IMG/VR virus record: IMGVR_UViG_3300033463_000110
Coordinates: 1,587 to 65,586 of that record
Length of the DNA stretch: 64,000 nucleotides
Strand: one strand, 5' to 3'
From: a virus
Lineage: Duplodnaviria > Caudoviricetes
Part shown: positions 49,341-58,215 of the stretch, piece after piece
How positions within the stretch are numbered: position 1 is the first letter of the stretch
Layout: every line of letters starts with the position of its first letter
Notes under the pieces: generated by a model
Databases searched by the model: none
The model's input: only the letters and a program-made list of their open reading frames with translations
Told to the model about the DNA's origin: nothing
Made by a program: the position numbers and the translations under genes

Positions 49341-50543
49341 ATGAAAAAACAAAACATTATTAACTGCTACATTGACGGTAAAAAATCCGCCATCGCGATC
49401 GTCGAAGACGTTATTTATCTGATGAGCCATTGTTCCAAATGGGACGGCGGCATCCACCTGAATAACATGCTCGGCTGGAAATACGCCAAACGTGTCTGCG
49501 CCGTCGGTCCGCACAATTACGCGCCCGCCATGGTCCCGGGGTATATTAAAGAAATACTCTTCGACTTTTGCGGGATTGACGCGCAGCAGGTTATTGTCGA
49601 GGGTACGCCGGAATTTGACGCGATCCGCGCAAATATCCGCCGCTGCCCGGGCCGCACCCGGACGGGAAAACGGACCGCCGCGACGGAACCGGAACCGACA
49701 ACGGAACCGGAACCGATCGACGAGCAGCCCGCCGCCCCCGCGCCCGTTGTCAATGAACCCGCCCCCGCCCCGGCCATGAAGCCCGGCGAGATCATGCATG
49801 AAAAGTACATGAAAATTCGCGGGATCATTGATAACCCGTACCTGCCCTGCGCCGCCTATCTTTATGGTCCTGCGGGGTCCGGGAAAAATCATATCTGCGA
49901 ACAGCTCGCCCGGGATTTTGGCCTGGAGTTTTACTATCAAAATTCCGTAACTGACGAGTATAAGTTAAACGGATTTATTGACGGCGCCGGGCGGTATCAT
50001 GAAACGGAATTTTACCGCGCTTTCAAAAACGGCGGCCTGTTCATGTTGGACGAGCTCGACGCCTCCTGCGCCGATACGCTCGTAACCCTGAACGCTGCCC
50101 TGACAAACGGTTATTTCACTTTTCCCGTCGGACGTATCAAGATGCACCCTAATTTCAAATGTATTGCCGCTGGCAATACCTGCGGGCGGGGTGCAACGGA
50201 GGAATATACCGGGCGGACGGTTATCGACGCCGCCTCGTTAAATAGGTTCGTTCCGGTCCGTTTCGGATATTGTGAAGCGATCGAAAACAAGCTCGCCGGG
50301 GGCCGCGCGGATATTCTGGAATTTATCCGGGACCTGCGGAACAGCGCCCGGGCGGCAGGTATTCATATTGTGCTCGGGTATCGTAACATCCAGCGCCTGG
50401 CGGCGTTCATGAAGATGCCCGAAACATTTACAACGGCGGAGGCCGTCGAATACGCCGTGACGGGCGGGTATGATACCGACGAGATCAACATCCTGCGCGG
50501 GGGGCTGCGTTACAAAAACAACGTTTTCGCCCTGGCCATGTAG
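49341..50543 (+). CDS. MoxR/CbbQ/CobS-like AAA+ ATPase with N-terminal domain and Pro/Glu linker
   Basis: Walker A GPAGSGK, Walker B FMLDELD, HPNFKCIAAGN, arginine finger SLNRF. Confidence 0.85.
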   Translation: MKKQNIINCYIDGKKSAIAIVEDVIYLMSHCSKWDGGIHLNNMLGWKYAKRVCAVGPHNYAPAMVPGYIKEILFDFCGIDAQQVIVEGTPEFDAIRANIRRCPGRTRTGKRTAATEPEPTTEPEPIDEQPAAPAPVVNEPAPAPAMKPGEIMHEKYMKIRGIIDNPYLPCAAYLYGPAGSGKNHICEQLARDFGLEFYYQNSVTDEYKLNGFIDGAGRYHETEFYRAFKNGGLFMLDELDASCADTLVTLNAALTNGYFTFPVGRIKMHPNFKCIAAGNTCGRGATEEYTGRTVIDAASLNRFVPVRFGYCEAIENKLAGGRADILEFIRDLRNSARAAGIHIVLGYRNIQRLAAFMKMPETFTTAEAVEYAVTGGYDTDEINILRGGLRYKNNVFALAM

Positions 50544-50603
50544 CAACACATCCCGCCGCCCGGGGGACCGGGGGCGGGGTGCCAAATCTTAAATTTTTGA
50601 GTT

Positions 50604-51437
50604 ATGAGTAAAGATGTTTTTTATTGCAAATCCTTCCCTAATCTTGCAGCGTTTTACGCCTATTTGGACGGCGCTCCGGCAAATGAAAAATTTGCGGGGC
50701 GGCGCCTTGAAAGCGAAACGGGGACGCGATCGTTTACGGGTACGGAGTCGTATTTCCAGGCAAATGAATATTTGCTCCGGGGGGACGCCGACAGCGCCGA
50801 AATGATTAAAAAAGCCCTTCTGACAAAGGTTAAAAGGGCCACGGGGACCGGAACGAAAAACCGACAAATAAACGCCGTCTGCGGGGGCCATGTAAACGTC
50901 CCCGCGATGCTCGTCGGCCTTCCCAAATCCATGAAACGGACCGAAAAAATCCATTATCAAAACGGATCGAAGGTCCTTTCAATTTGCTACAATAACAACG
51001 CCTCGGCGGGTTATTCGGCAAAGGATAAGGCGGAAGTTTCCGCAGCGCTTGTTTCGGCGGTCATGGCCCTGGAAAACAAAGGTTATCGGATCAACCTGTA
51101 CGCCTCCTGCGCCGCTTATGAACCCCTGCGCGGGGGCGGGCGGGAATACGTCGCTAACTTTGTCAAAGTGAAGGACAGCGGCCAGTACATGGACCTGAAA
51201 AAACTCGCGTACCCGCTTGTAAATCCTTCCTTCCAGCGCCGTCATGCGTTCCGGTTCCGTGAAACGATGCCGGGGCTCAAGGGCGGCTGGCCCGGGGGCT
51301 ATGGTTACTCGGTAACGGACGCCGCGACCGTCGAAAAACTTGCACGGGAAGCAGGACTGAACATCAAAAAGATTGTAACCTTTTACGAGCTGGAAGGTAT
51401 GGACGCCGAAAAGATCGCGGAACGGTTACTATCTTAA
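50604..51437 (+). CDS. VWA/CobT-like partner of the AAA+ ATPase
   Basis: Adjacent to the AAA+ gene; degenerate MIDAS-like NNNASAG, ALENKGYRINL, VKVKD...LAY. Confidence 0.6.
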   Translation: MSKDVFYCKSFPNLAAFYAYLDGAPANEKFAGRRLESETGTRSFTGTESYFQANEYLLRGDADSAEMIKKALLTKVKRATGTGTKNRQINAVCGGHVNVPAMLVGLPKSMKRTEKIHYQNGSKVLSICYNNNASAGYSAKDKAEVSAALVSAVMALENKGYRINLYASCAAYEPLRGGGREYVANFVKVKDSGQYMDLKKLAYPLVNPSFQRRHAFRFRETMPGLKGGWPGGYGYSVTDAATVEKLAREAGLNIKKIVTFYELEGMDAEKIAERLLS

Positions 51438-51503
51438 TCCTCGCCACGTCCCCGGGGGCCTGACCGCCGCCGGGGGCGCCAAAACAACCTAAATATTTGA
51501 GTT

Positions 51504-51767
51504 ATGCGTACTTTGAAAATCAAATCCCGCGAATACGCGCGGGCGGCGAAATTCGTTATCATCAACGACAACTGCCTCTCCTGGGGCCTGGGTGCCATCG
51601 ACGTGGACGAGTGGAAGCTCTACGACATGCAGATCGGGGACTGGTACAGCCACGAAAACATCTACTCCGGCTACATGGAAAAGTTCGAGGCATACGCCGT
51701 GGAAATGCTCGTGAGGGGCGGGGTGCCCGCGAGCGAGATCGTCATTTCCGGGGCCATCGACCGATAA
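51504..51767 (+). CDS. hypothetical protein (cassette)
   Basis: Starts at GAGTTATG. Confidence 0.75.
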   Translation: MRTLKIKSREYARAAKFVIINDNCLSWGLGAIDVDEWKLYDMQIGDWYSHENIYSGYMEKFEAYAVEMLVRGGVPASEIVISGAIDR

Positions 51768-51845
51768 CACGCGCCGACAACGGGCACGGCCCCCTGACCG
51801 GGGCCGTGTTCGCCAAACGTCTAACCTTATTAAAATTTTTGAGTT

Positions 51846-52337
51846 ATGGAAACAACCACGAAAACAGTCAATCCGTTTGCAAATGCAATCCGTCCGGGAG
51901 TCCGCGCCTACGCAAAGATGGCCGGGGGCTTGCTCCAGTACGCCGCCTGCATCGAGCGGGCCTTCGAGCGCGAAATGGCAACCCGGGCCACCTTCTGGGG
52001 CCGGGAGTACAAGCGGCTCACGACCTTCGCCAACGACTTCGCCATCGCGGAGTGTTTCGGGGATGATGCCATCCTCGACACATACAAGCGGGCGGTCCGG
52101 GAGTGGATCGGGAACTACAAGTACATGACCGAGCTCATCATGGTCCTCAACTGGTTCTGCTGGTTCTGGAACGACTGCGACAAACGCGACCTTGAACTTT
52201 CCCGCCTCTACACCGACCTCTATTATGAGGCCCGGGACGCCTTCGATGAGTTCTACGACACGAAGGAGGACGACCCGGACGACGTGAGGGAGAAAAAGGC
52301 CGTGGCATGCCGGTACTACTTCGAGTGTACCGACTAA
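51846..52337 (+). CDS. hypothetical protein, aromatic-rich helical (cassette)
   Basis: Starts at GAGTTATG. Confidence 0.8.
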   Translation: METTTKTVNPFANAIRPGVRAYAKMAGGLLQYAACIERAFEREMATRATFWGREYKRLTTFANDFAIAECFGDDAILDTYKRAVREWIGNYKYMTELIMVLNWFCWFWNDCDKRDLELSRLYTDLYYEARDAFDEFYDTKEDDPDDVREKKAVACRYYFECTD

Positions 52338-52442
52338 AAGCGAAAAGCAAAGGAGCGGGGGGGGGTATCCCTTCCAGACGGAAAAAGGGGGCGGGGGCCT
52401 GGTAAGCGCCCGCCCCCTCAAAAATCTAAAATTTAATGAGTT

Positions 52443-52919
52443 ATGGAAATTATCGGTTCTTTATTCGCAATCCTCGCGGGGCTGGCCATCGCCGCCCTGC
52501 TGAAAATGATCGACCCGCCACGGAAAGTCGCCCCGGAAATAGCCGAAAACGGCGATTTAGGCGACTTTCCCGAACCGGACGAAGATCGGGTACATGAGAT
52601 CGTGAAAGCCGCTTATCTTGACCTAAAAAGGCAAAGGGCGGTATCTCACGGGCCGTGGCTCGCCGCGCTCCTGGACGGGGGCGCCGGGTTCTTCTTCACC
52701 GGGACCGTGGACAAATGGGGCCGGGGGCGGGCGGAGCAAGAGTGGCGGCGGGTGGAGCCCGCCGTGGCCCTCACCGCCGTCCGCTGGACCATCCGCGAAC
52801 TCCTCGCCGCGCCCGTGTCCTACGACAAGGACGGGAACGAGATGCCCCGCCGGACGTTCAACCTCGACGTCCTGCGCCGGGCGGAGTCCGAACTTGCGAA
52901 CATGGAGGAGGGGGCCTGA
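52443..52919 (+). CDS. membrane-anchored hypothetical protein (cassette)
   Basis: N-terminal TM helix; starts at GAGTTATG. Confidence 0.75.
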   Translation: MEIIGSLFAILAGLAIAALLKMIDPPRKVAPEIAENGDLGDFPEPDEDRVHEIVKAAYLDLKRQRAVSHGPWLAALLDGGAGFFFTGTVDKWGRGRAEQEWRRVEPAVALTAVRWTIRELLAAPVSYDKDGNEMPRRTFNLDVLRRAESELANMEEGA

Positions 52920-52959
52920 CCGCGCCCTCCTTCGCTACGAAACCATTAAATTTTGAGTT

Positions 52960-53034
52960 ATGTTTTGGATCATTGTTCCCATGTTCGTTTTCTGCGCCGC
53001 CCTGCAACTGTGGGACCGCGACAATGCCGCCTAA
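52960..53034 (+). CDS. 24-aa hydrophobic microprotein (cassette)
   Basis: MFWIIVPMFVFCAALQLWDRDNAA, starting exactly at a hairpin plus GAGTTATG element; absent from the ORF track. Confidence 0.6.
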   Translation: MFWIIVPMFVFCAALQLWDRDNAA

Positions 53035-53112
53035 AACGGCCTACAATGAAACGAAATGCCCGGGCGGGGGTGATACCCTACCCGGGCGCGAAAACCCTTA
53101 AATTTTTGAGTT

Positions 53113-53361
53113 ATGGCTAAAACAATTTACTTTATCGTGATGGACACGACGAAAGACCGCGAGGACCCTTATCAGATGAGGTTTTACGAGGAAAAAGCGT
53201 TAAACGACATATCCGGGTATCTTCGCGGAGTTGCAAAGACACATAAGACGGATATTTCGTCTTTGAGGCTTTTCATCGCGCCGGATAGGGAAACATGGAA
53301 ACGCATGTGGAACGAGTTTTCGGCCCGCGTGGATTATTCCCGATACGGCGATATTGTCTAA
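53113..53361 (+). CDS. hypothetical protein (cassette)
   Basis: Starts at GAGTTATG. Confidence 0.75.
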   Translation: MAKTIYFIVMDTTKDREDPYQMRFYEEKALNDISGYLRGVAKTHKTDISSLRLFIAPDRETWKRMWNEFSARVDYSRYGDIV

Positions 53362-53430
53362 AACAAACATGGGCCGGGAGTCCTGACCGACTCCCCGCCC
53401 GCCAAAACAAACCCTTAAAATCTTTGAGTT

Positions 53431-53796
53431 ATGATTACTACATCCGACCTTTTCAAGATGGCCTATGAAGGCTCGTTCTACACCATCATCGGCTGCGGCG
53501 GTTCCATCCAGGACTGGAAGGACGGCTACAACAACCTCCTCGCGGAGAAGAAAATCGGCAAGCCGAGCGCCTGGTATCAGTTCACCGGGGCGGACATGAA
53601 CGCCGAGTACGGACTCACCGGGAACAATGCGTACCCGGACAACCTCCGGTTCCTGTGCTTTCCCCTGGACGGGCTCGACGTTGCGCGGCTCGCGATGTTC
53701 AAGCTCCTTGCGGGGGATCGTTGGTTCGACGACATCGTGGACAACAACCTCCGCCGCGAGGAAGAACAACAGGAGCGGGCGGCCCTGGCCGACTGA
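53431..53796 (+). CDS. hypothetical protein (cassette)
   Basis: Starts at GAGTTATG; DRWFDDIVDNN motif. Confidence 0.8.
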   Translation: MITTSDLFKMAYEGSFYTIIGCGGSIQDWKDGYNNLLAEKKIGKPSAWYQFTGADMNAEYGLTGNNAYPDNLRFLCFPLDGLDVARLAMFKLLAGDRWFDDIVDNNLRREEEQQERAALAD

Positions 53797-53868
53797 CGAA
53801 AAGACACAAGAGGGTGCGCCCCCGACCGGGCGCATCTTCTCCAAAATCATTTCTAAATCTTTTGAGTT

Positions 53869-54210
53869 ATGGACAATATCGTAAACAAACCCGTAAGGAC
53901 ATCCTCCGACATCGTTTCGCTTATCTATGAAACCGGGATGCTCACGCCGTTCCACAAAGACGCTTACTTGTTCTTTGACGATAATAACGTGCTCTGCGCC
54001 CGCGACAACGCAACGCAGTTCGCCTATGTGAAAAGACGGACGGGCGACCCCACGCCAACCCTGGAAGAAATCGAGTTCTGCAAAGGATTGAAGAAGGTTG
54101 CCGAATACTCAAGCCGACTTTCTTTCATGGACTTTATCATCATGTGCGGGGGCTCCCATTATTCCTTTGCCACGGAAAAGGTAGAGGGGCCGGGACCGAA
54201 TGGGTTCTAA
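53869..54210 (+). CDS. hypothetical protein (cassette)
   Basis: Starts at GAGTTATG. Confidence 0.75.
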   Translation: MDNIVNKPVRTSSDIVSLIYETGMLTPFHKDAYLFFDDNNVLCARDNATQFAYVKRRTGDPTPTLEEIEFCKGLKKVAEYSSRLSFMDFIIMCGGSHYSFATEKVEGPGPNGF

Positions 54211-54282
54211 AAAGGAACGAAGGGCGGGGGCCGATACCTCCCGCCTTTTGCCAATGTTCAACCAATTAAATCTAAATGAGTT

Positions 54283-54477
54283 ATGTATCAAATCACGCTT
54301 ACCAAAGAACAGTTTGACCTCTTGAGCGAGTGCGTACTTGGCACCATCGACTCCCTGCGGAAACTATGGGAGGCGATGCCCATCACAAGCGGGCGCGTCG
54401 GCATCCAGGAGCAAATCATCCGGTGCAACGACATCATGCGCGAACTTTCCAAAGTTTACGAGGAGGACGAGGCATGA
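54283..54477 (+). CDS. hypothetical protein (cassette)
   Basis: Starts at GAGTTATG. Confidence 0.7.
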   Translation: MYQITLTKEQFDLLSECVLGTIDSLRKLWEAMPITSGRVGIQEQIIRCNDIMRELSKVYEEDEA

Positions 54478-54665
54478 GAAACGAGAAGGCAAAGGTGGGG
54501 GAAATTATCAAGATAGTGGCCCTCGACGATCCCTACGACAAGACCTATCCCGGGCGCGTTGGAACGGTCGAGTACATCGACTCGCTGGGCCAGCTGCACG
54601 GGACCTGGGGAGGCCTCGCGGTTATCCCCGAAGTAGATAGTTACACAATCATCAAACACGCTTGA
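54474..54665 (+). CDS. DUF4314-like SH3-fold small protein
   Basis: GTVEYIDSLGQLHGTWGGLAVIPEVD; ATGA overlap. Confidence 0.75.
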   Translation: MRNEKAKVGEIIKIVALDDPYDKTYPGRVGTVEYIDSLGQLHGTWGGLAVIPEVDSYTIIKHA

Positions 54666-54667
54666 TT

Positions 54668-54871
54668 ATGGCAAAAGAAGTAACGAAAGACAACCTTTCT
54701 TCCTACGCGAAAGAACACCTGCACGACACCGCATCCGCAGTCACCGCCGGGATACTCGACGCAAAGACGGCACGGGGTCACGTCCGCGAACTGTTTTACC
54801 TTTCCGCGACCTTCGGGCTCGGCCTCCAGGAGGAGGCGCGGGCCATCATCAAGGAGATGGAAAAGAAGTAA
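54668..54871 (+). CDS. hypothetical protein
   Basis: ATG 54668. Confidence 0.65.
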   Translation: MAKEVTKDNLSSYAKEHLHDTASAVTAGILDAKTARGHVRELFYLSATFGLGLQEEARAIIKEMEKK

Positions 54872-54927
54872 GAGCAAAGGCCGGGCGGGGGGCGATACCT
54901 CCCCGGCCTTCCAACCCCTTTTGAGTT

Positions 54928-55137
54928 ATGAGTATCAAGCAATCCATTACCGAGGCCGTGGCCCGTGGTGCCGTGGCCGTCTGGACCAAAGCCGACCATC
55001 GGCGGATGGAGGTGGGCCGGGGCATCAATGGCTACCGGGTTGCCTTCTCCACCGGGAACACCTACTTGTACGGCCACACGGGGCTCTCCCTCCGCGAGGC
55101 CGTGTCCATCGCTAACCGTTGGGTACTCTCCCATTGA
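54928..55137 (+). CDS. hypothetical protein (cassette)
   Basis: Starts at GAGTTATG. Confidence 0.7.
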   Translation: MSIKQSITEAVARGAVAVWTKADHRRMEVGRGINGYRVAFSTGNTYLYGHTGLSLREAVSIANRWVLSH

Positions 55138-55206
55138 CACGGGGGCGGCTCCCCGACACGGAACCGCCCTTTCCAATTTTGAATTATTCTAAATACCTGT
55201 TTAGTT

Positions 55207-55419
55207 ATGACTACCACACTTATCCATTGCCGGGACCGGCAAGTGTTCGATGCTGTTGCAAGAGAACTTACCGATTGGAGAACGGAATACACCGTACTCC
55301 CACAGGCTTTTCAGTTCATCCTCCCAGGGAGCAGTATCTTTGGTGTACGGCAGTTCCTTGATGCAAGGAGCGTCAACACGGCAAACATCTTCTTCTATAC
55401 AACGGAGGAGGATGACTGA
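55207..55419 (+). CDS. hypothetical protein (cassette)
   Basis: Starts at TTTAGTTATG. Confidence 0.7.
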   Translation: MTTTLIHCRDRQVFDAVARELTDWRTEYTVLPQAFQFILPGSSIFGVRQFLDARSVNTANIFFYTTEEDD

Positions 55420-55473
55420 TGGGTTGTCCGGCTTGACCGCCGGATGATCCGCCAAACCAAAAATTTTAGAGTT

Positions 55474-56304
55474 ATGAGAACACTACAGGAAGCCATCAAC
55501 AAGATGGAAAACCGGGGAGGGGCTGGCGCCTCGCTCCGCAAGCATTTCGCATCCGTCGGCATCCGCGAGTGGGGCGACATCAACCGCGCCGCGCTTTACG
55601 ACTTCGCCGACCACCTCCGCGACTCCGTTGCGCCCGGCACCGCAAAGACCATCTGTGCATACGCAAAAAGCCTGTTCCACCGCTACGAGGATGACGTGAA
55701 ACTCCCGGCGGGATGGGAGGGCATCCTCCAGGCGAAGGGGGACCGGACGCGGGGAACCTACCTCACCCCGGCGGAACTGAAACAACTCGAAGCCGTCGAA
55801 ACGAAATCCGACACCGAACGGATCGTCCTCGTCGAGGCCCTTATCGAAGCCTACACGGGGGCGCGTATTAGCGACGTGCAGACGTTCACGGAGGAGAACT
55901 TCCGCGACGGGTTCCTTACCTACACCTCCCAAAAGACAAAAGTCACGGCCACCATTCCCGTAAGCGAAAAGACGCGGGGGTGGATACGGTACGCACAGGA
56001 ACACCGGGCGGACGAGCCTACCCTCATGAGCCGCAACCGCATCATCCGCCGCCTTTGCAAGCGGGCCGGTATCGACGCGCCCGTAAAGACGCGCCGGGGC
56101 GGGGTGGAACGGGTCACGCCGAAATGGGAGGCGGCATCGAGCCATGCGTTCCGCCGTTCGGCGGCATCCAACCTTATCGCGGCGGGGGCATCCCTCAACG
56201 ACGCGAAACTCTGCCTCGGCCACACCTCCACGGCCATGACCGAGCGCTATGTGGTCTGCACACGCCCGAACCTTTCCGCGAAGGCGATGGCGTATTTCAT
56301 GTGA
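55474..56304 (+). CDS. tyrosine recombinase lacking an arm-binding domain (276 aa)
   Basis: YTGARISD (R), QKT (K), HAFRR, LGHTS...ERY; starts at GAGTTATG. Confidence 0.9.
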   Translation: MRTLQEAINKMENRGGAGASLRKHFASVGIREWGDINRAALYDFADHLRDSVAPGTAKTICAYAKSLFHRYEDDVKLPAGWEGILQAKGDRTRGTYLTPAELKQLEAVETKSDTERIVLVEALIEAYTGARISDVQTFTEENFRDGFLTYTSQKTKVTATIPVSEKTRGWIRYAQEHRADEPTLMSRNRIIRRLCKRAGIDAPVKTRRGGVERVTPKWEAASSHAFRRSAASNLIAAGASLNDAKLCLGHTSTAMTERYVVCTRPNLSAKAMAYFM

Positions 56305-56332
56305 TTGTGCCAAACCACGGCACAAAAGAAAG

Positions 56333-56372
56333 AAAAGGGGCTGGGGTACTTCGGTATCTCCGCCCCTTTTTT
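56333..56372 (+). terminator. intrinsic terminator with UUCG loop
   Basis: GGGGCTGGGGTAC-ttcg-GTATCTCCGCCCC followed by T6. Confidence 0.75.
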
Positions 56373-56488
56373 GTGCCTTAAAGTCCCGTATTTCGCATTA
56401 TCTTTCAAAAAACGACTAATCCCTTGCGGAAAAATTTTGGCGGTCCGAAATCAATTCTTATCTTTGCATCAATCAAAGTCAATACAAA

Positions 56489-56631
56489 TTTGCTATTGTT
56501 GATTTTGATTGCGTACCTTTGCCCTGTACCGAGGGCGAAACGGTGCGCCGACATAGCAAGATAGTGATACCGCAAGGTTGAAACTATAAAGTCCGCATCA
56601 GTTGTTCGCCCCAGCCGATGCGGAATTTTTT
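56489..56631 (+). ncRNA. candidate small RNA of about 100 nt
   Basis: TTTG-N21-TACCTTTG (56489-56521), hairpins, terminator TCCGCATC/GATGCGGA plus T6; second promoter at 56436-56466. Confidence 0.35.
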
Positions 56632-57030
56632 GTATAAGCATCGGTTATGGCCGCCCAAGCCGAGCGAACTGGCCGACGGGGATAAGGTACGAGCAAATAG
56701 GTCTTTGAGAACGAAAGGACTTACGCCGGTTCACCTTCCGAAAAACAAAGAACCCATACCCACGAAGTCGTGCGCCAGGAGCAGGCGGGGACAAAACAAG
56801 TGGGAGCAACCGTTACCCATAGGACTCCCGACCTTCAACTTACCCGCCCGGCACGATGGACTCCCAACACGGGTGAGGGGGAAAGGCACGGTCCCACCGC
56901 CGACCGAGAACGCCTTTTCGGGAAACAAGTTCTCAAAGTGTGACATTTCTTTTTTTTTTAGGGATGTAGCCTTATCCGCCGAAAACTCGCGCCGCACAGA
57001 GTTGAAGGGATATAAGGGAGGCGGTATTGT

Positions 57031-58182
57031 CTATTTGAAAAAATCCGCGCCCGACAATCTCTCCACCGCCTGTTCCTTTGAAATCCGAAGGTATCTTTCA
57101 AATGCAGAAATGCTCTTGTGCCCCGATGCGAACATACAATCCCGGACTGGTACGCCGGAAAGGTAAAGGGCGGTCAATGCGGAGCGCCTGAATGTGTGGC
57201 TCTGCACCATTTCCCAGCGGTAGGTGGGCGATCCGTCCTTCTTCCTCCTGGACTTCGGAAGTTCCACAACGCCGTCTATCCCGGACTCCCTCGCAATCGT
57301 CTTGATATACCGGTTGAAGACAACCTGGTTCACCTCCGGGGCTTTCCCGCCGTTGCGCTCCAGCAGAAGAACAAGACGGGGGGATGCCGGGAGTACAACC
57401 TTGTCGTCCGTCTTTTTCTGCACAAACTCCAGCTTGCCGTCCCGAATGTTGTCCGTGGTCAGACGTGAGTAGTCGGAGAACCTGGCGGCGGAGTAGTAGC
57501 CGACGAGGGCGAGGTCGCGTACCTTCCCGTACAACTCGTTTCGTGGGTTGTATTGCCACAACAGTTCAATCTCGTCGGCGGTCAGCGCGATTGCCTCCGT
57601 CTGTTCCTTCTTTGATTGGAACTCCCGGAAATCCTGGTTGGTGTGGTATTTCAACTTGTACCCTTCGTGCATGACGACCTTGAGCCTCGCGCCGATGTTC
57701 CACCGGTAGTTCACCGAATAACCTTCGTCCTCCATTTTCCTTTGGAGGCGAAACCAATAGGCGGAGTCTATCCCGTCCCAATTCTCTTTCCGGCCCATGA
57801 GCCTTGCCACAACCCTGACGGCAAGGGCGCGTTGCCTCTGCGACGATGACGGCCTGTTTCCCCAACTCTCAAAGTATTCCCAGAAGGTCGGGACGTGGCC
57901 CGCCCGCACCACCTTCGTTTCATCGCCAGTGACGGCGTAGTGGATTGCGTTAAGAACGTCCTCCTCGGTACGGGCGGACACCTCCCTTTCGGTCAAACGG
58001 GAGTGGATGGTAAGCAAATCGCGGAGTACGCGGCGGTCCTTGCATTTCGCCTTGATGGACTTCGCGCCGGAGTCCCACAGGGCTGGGTCGGTCGTGAGTC
58101 CGGTCGCTTTCCGATACTGCTTTCCGTTATGAGTGGCGGAAATTCGGATTGAATTTTTGTGGATTGTGAACGTGTGCTGCAT
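57031..58182 (-). CDS. phage integrase (tyrosine recombinase with arm-binding N-terminus)
   Basis: N-terminal QYRKATGLTTDPALWD, ARFSD, QKKT, HTFRR, SGHKS...ERY. Confidence 0.92.
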   Translation of the reverse strand: MQHTFTIHKNSIRISATHNGKQYRKATGLTTDPALWDSGAKSIKAKCKDRRVLRDLLTIHSRLTEREVSARTEEDVLNAIHYAVTGDETKVVRAGHVPTFWEYFESWGNRPSSSQRQRALAVRVVARLMGRKENWDGIDSAYWFRLQRKMEDEGYSVNYRWNIGARLKVVMHEGYKLKYHTNQDFREFQSKKEQTEAIALTADEIELLWQYNPRNELYGKVRDLALVGYYSAARFSDYSRLTTDNIRDGKLEFVQKKTDDKVVLPASPRLVLLLERNGGKAPEVNQVVFNRYIKTIARESGIDGVVELPKSRRKKDGSPTYRWEMVQSHTFRRSALTALYLSGVPVRDCMFASGHKSISAFERYLRISKEQAVERLSGADFFK

Positions 58183-58215
58183 AACTTCGTAAAGGTAATA
58201 ATTATGTTGTTTCGG

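Larger units (their letters stand above)
50552..55476 (+). repeat. 12 copies of a GC hairpin plus AAATTTTTGAGTTATG-like element, one before each cassette gene
   Basis: Hairpins at about 50552, 51447, 51782, 52387, 52904, 53058, 53371, 53810, 54220, 54877, 55141 and 55421. Loops are mostly YYGACC or GATACC. Confidence 0.85.

Noticed and set aside
52357-52365. Intergenic G9 as a phase-variable switch
   Set aside because: Not in a coding region or a recognisable promoter spacer; no functional consequence can be argued.
50552-55476. CRISPR array or ordinary intrinsic terminators
   Set aside because: Repeats are not identical, are separated by whole genes, and there are no cas genes. Hairpins lack U tracts.
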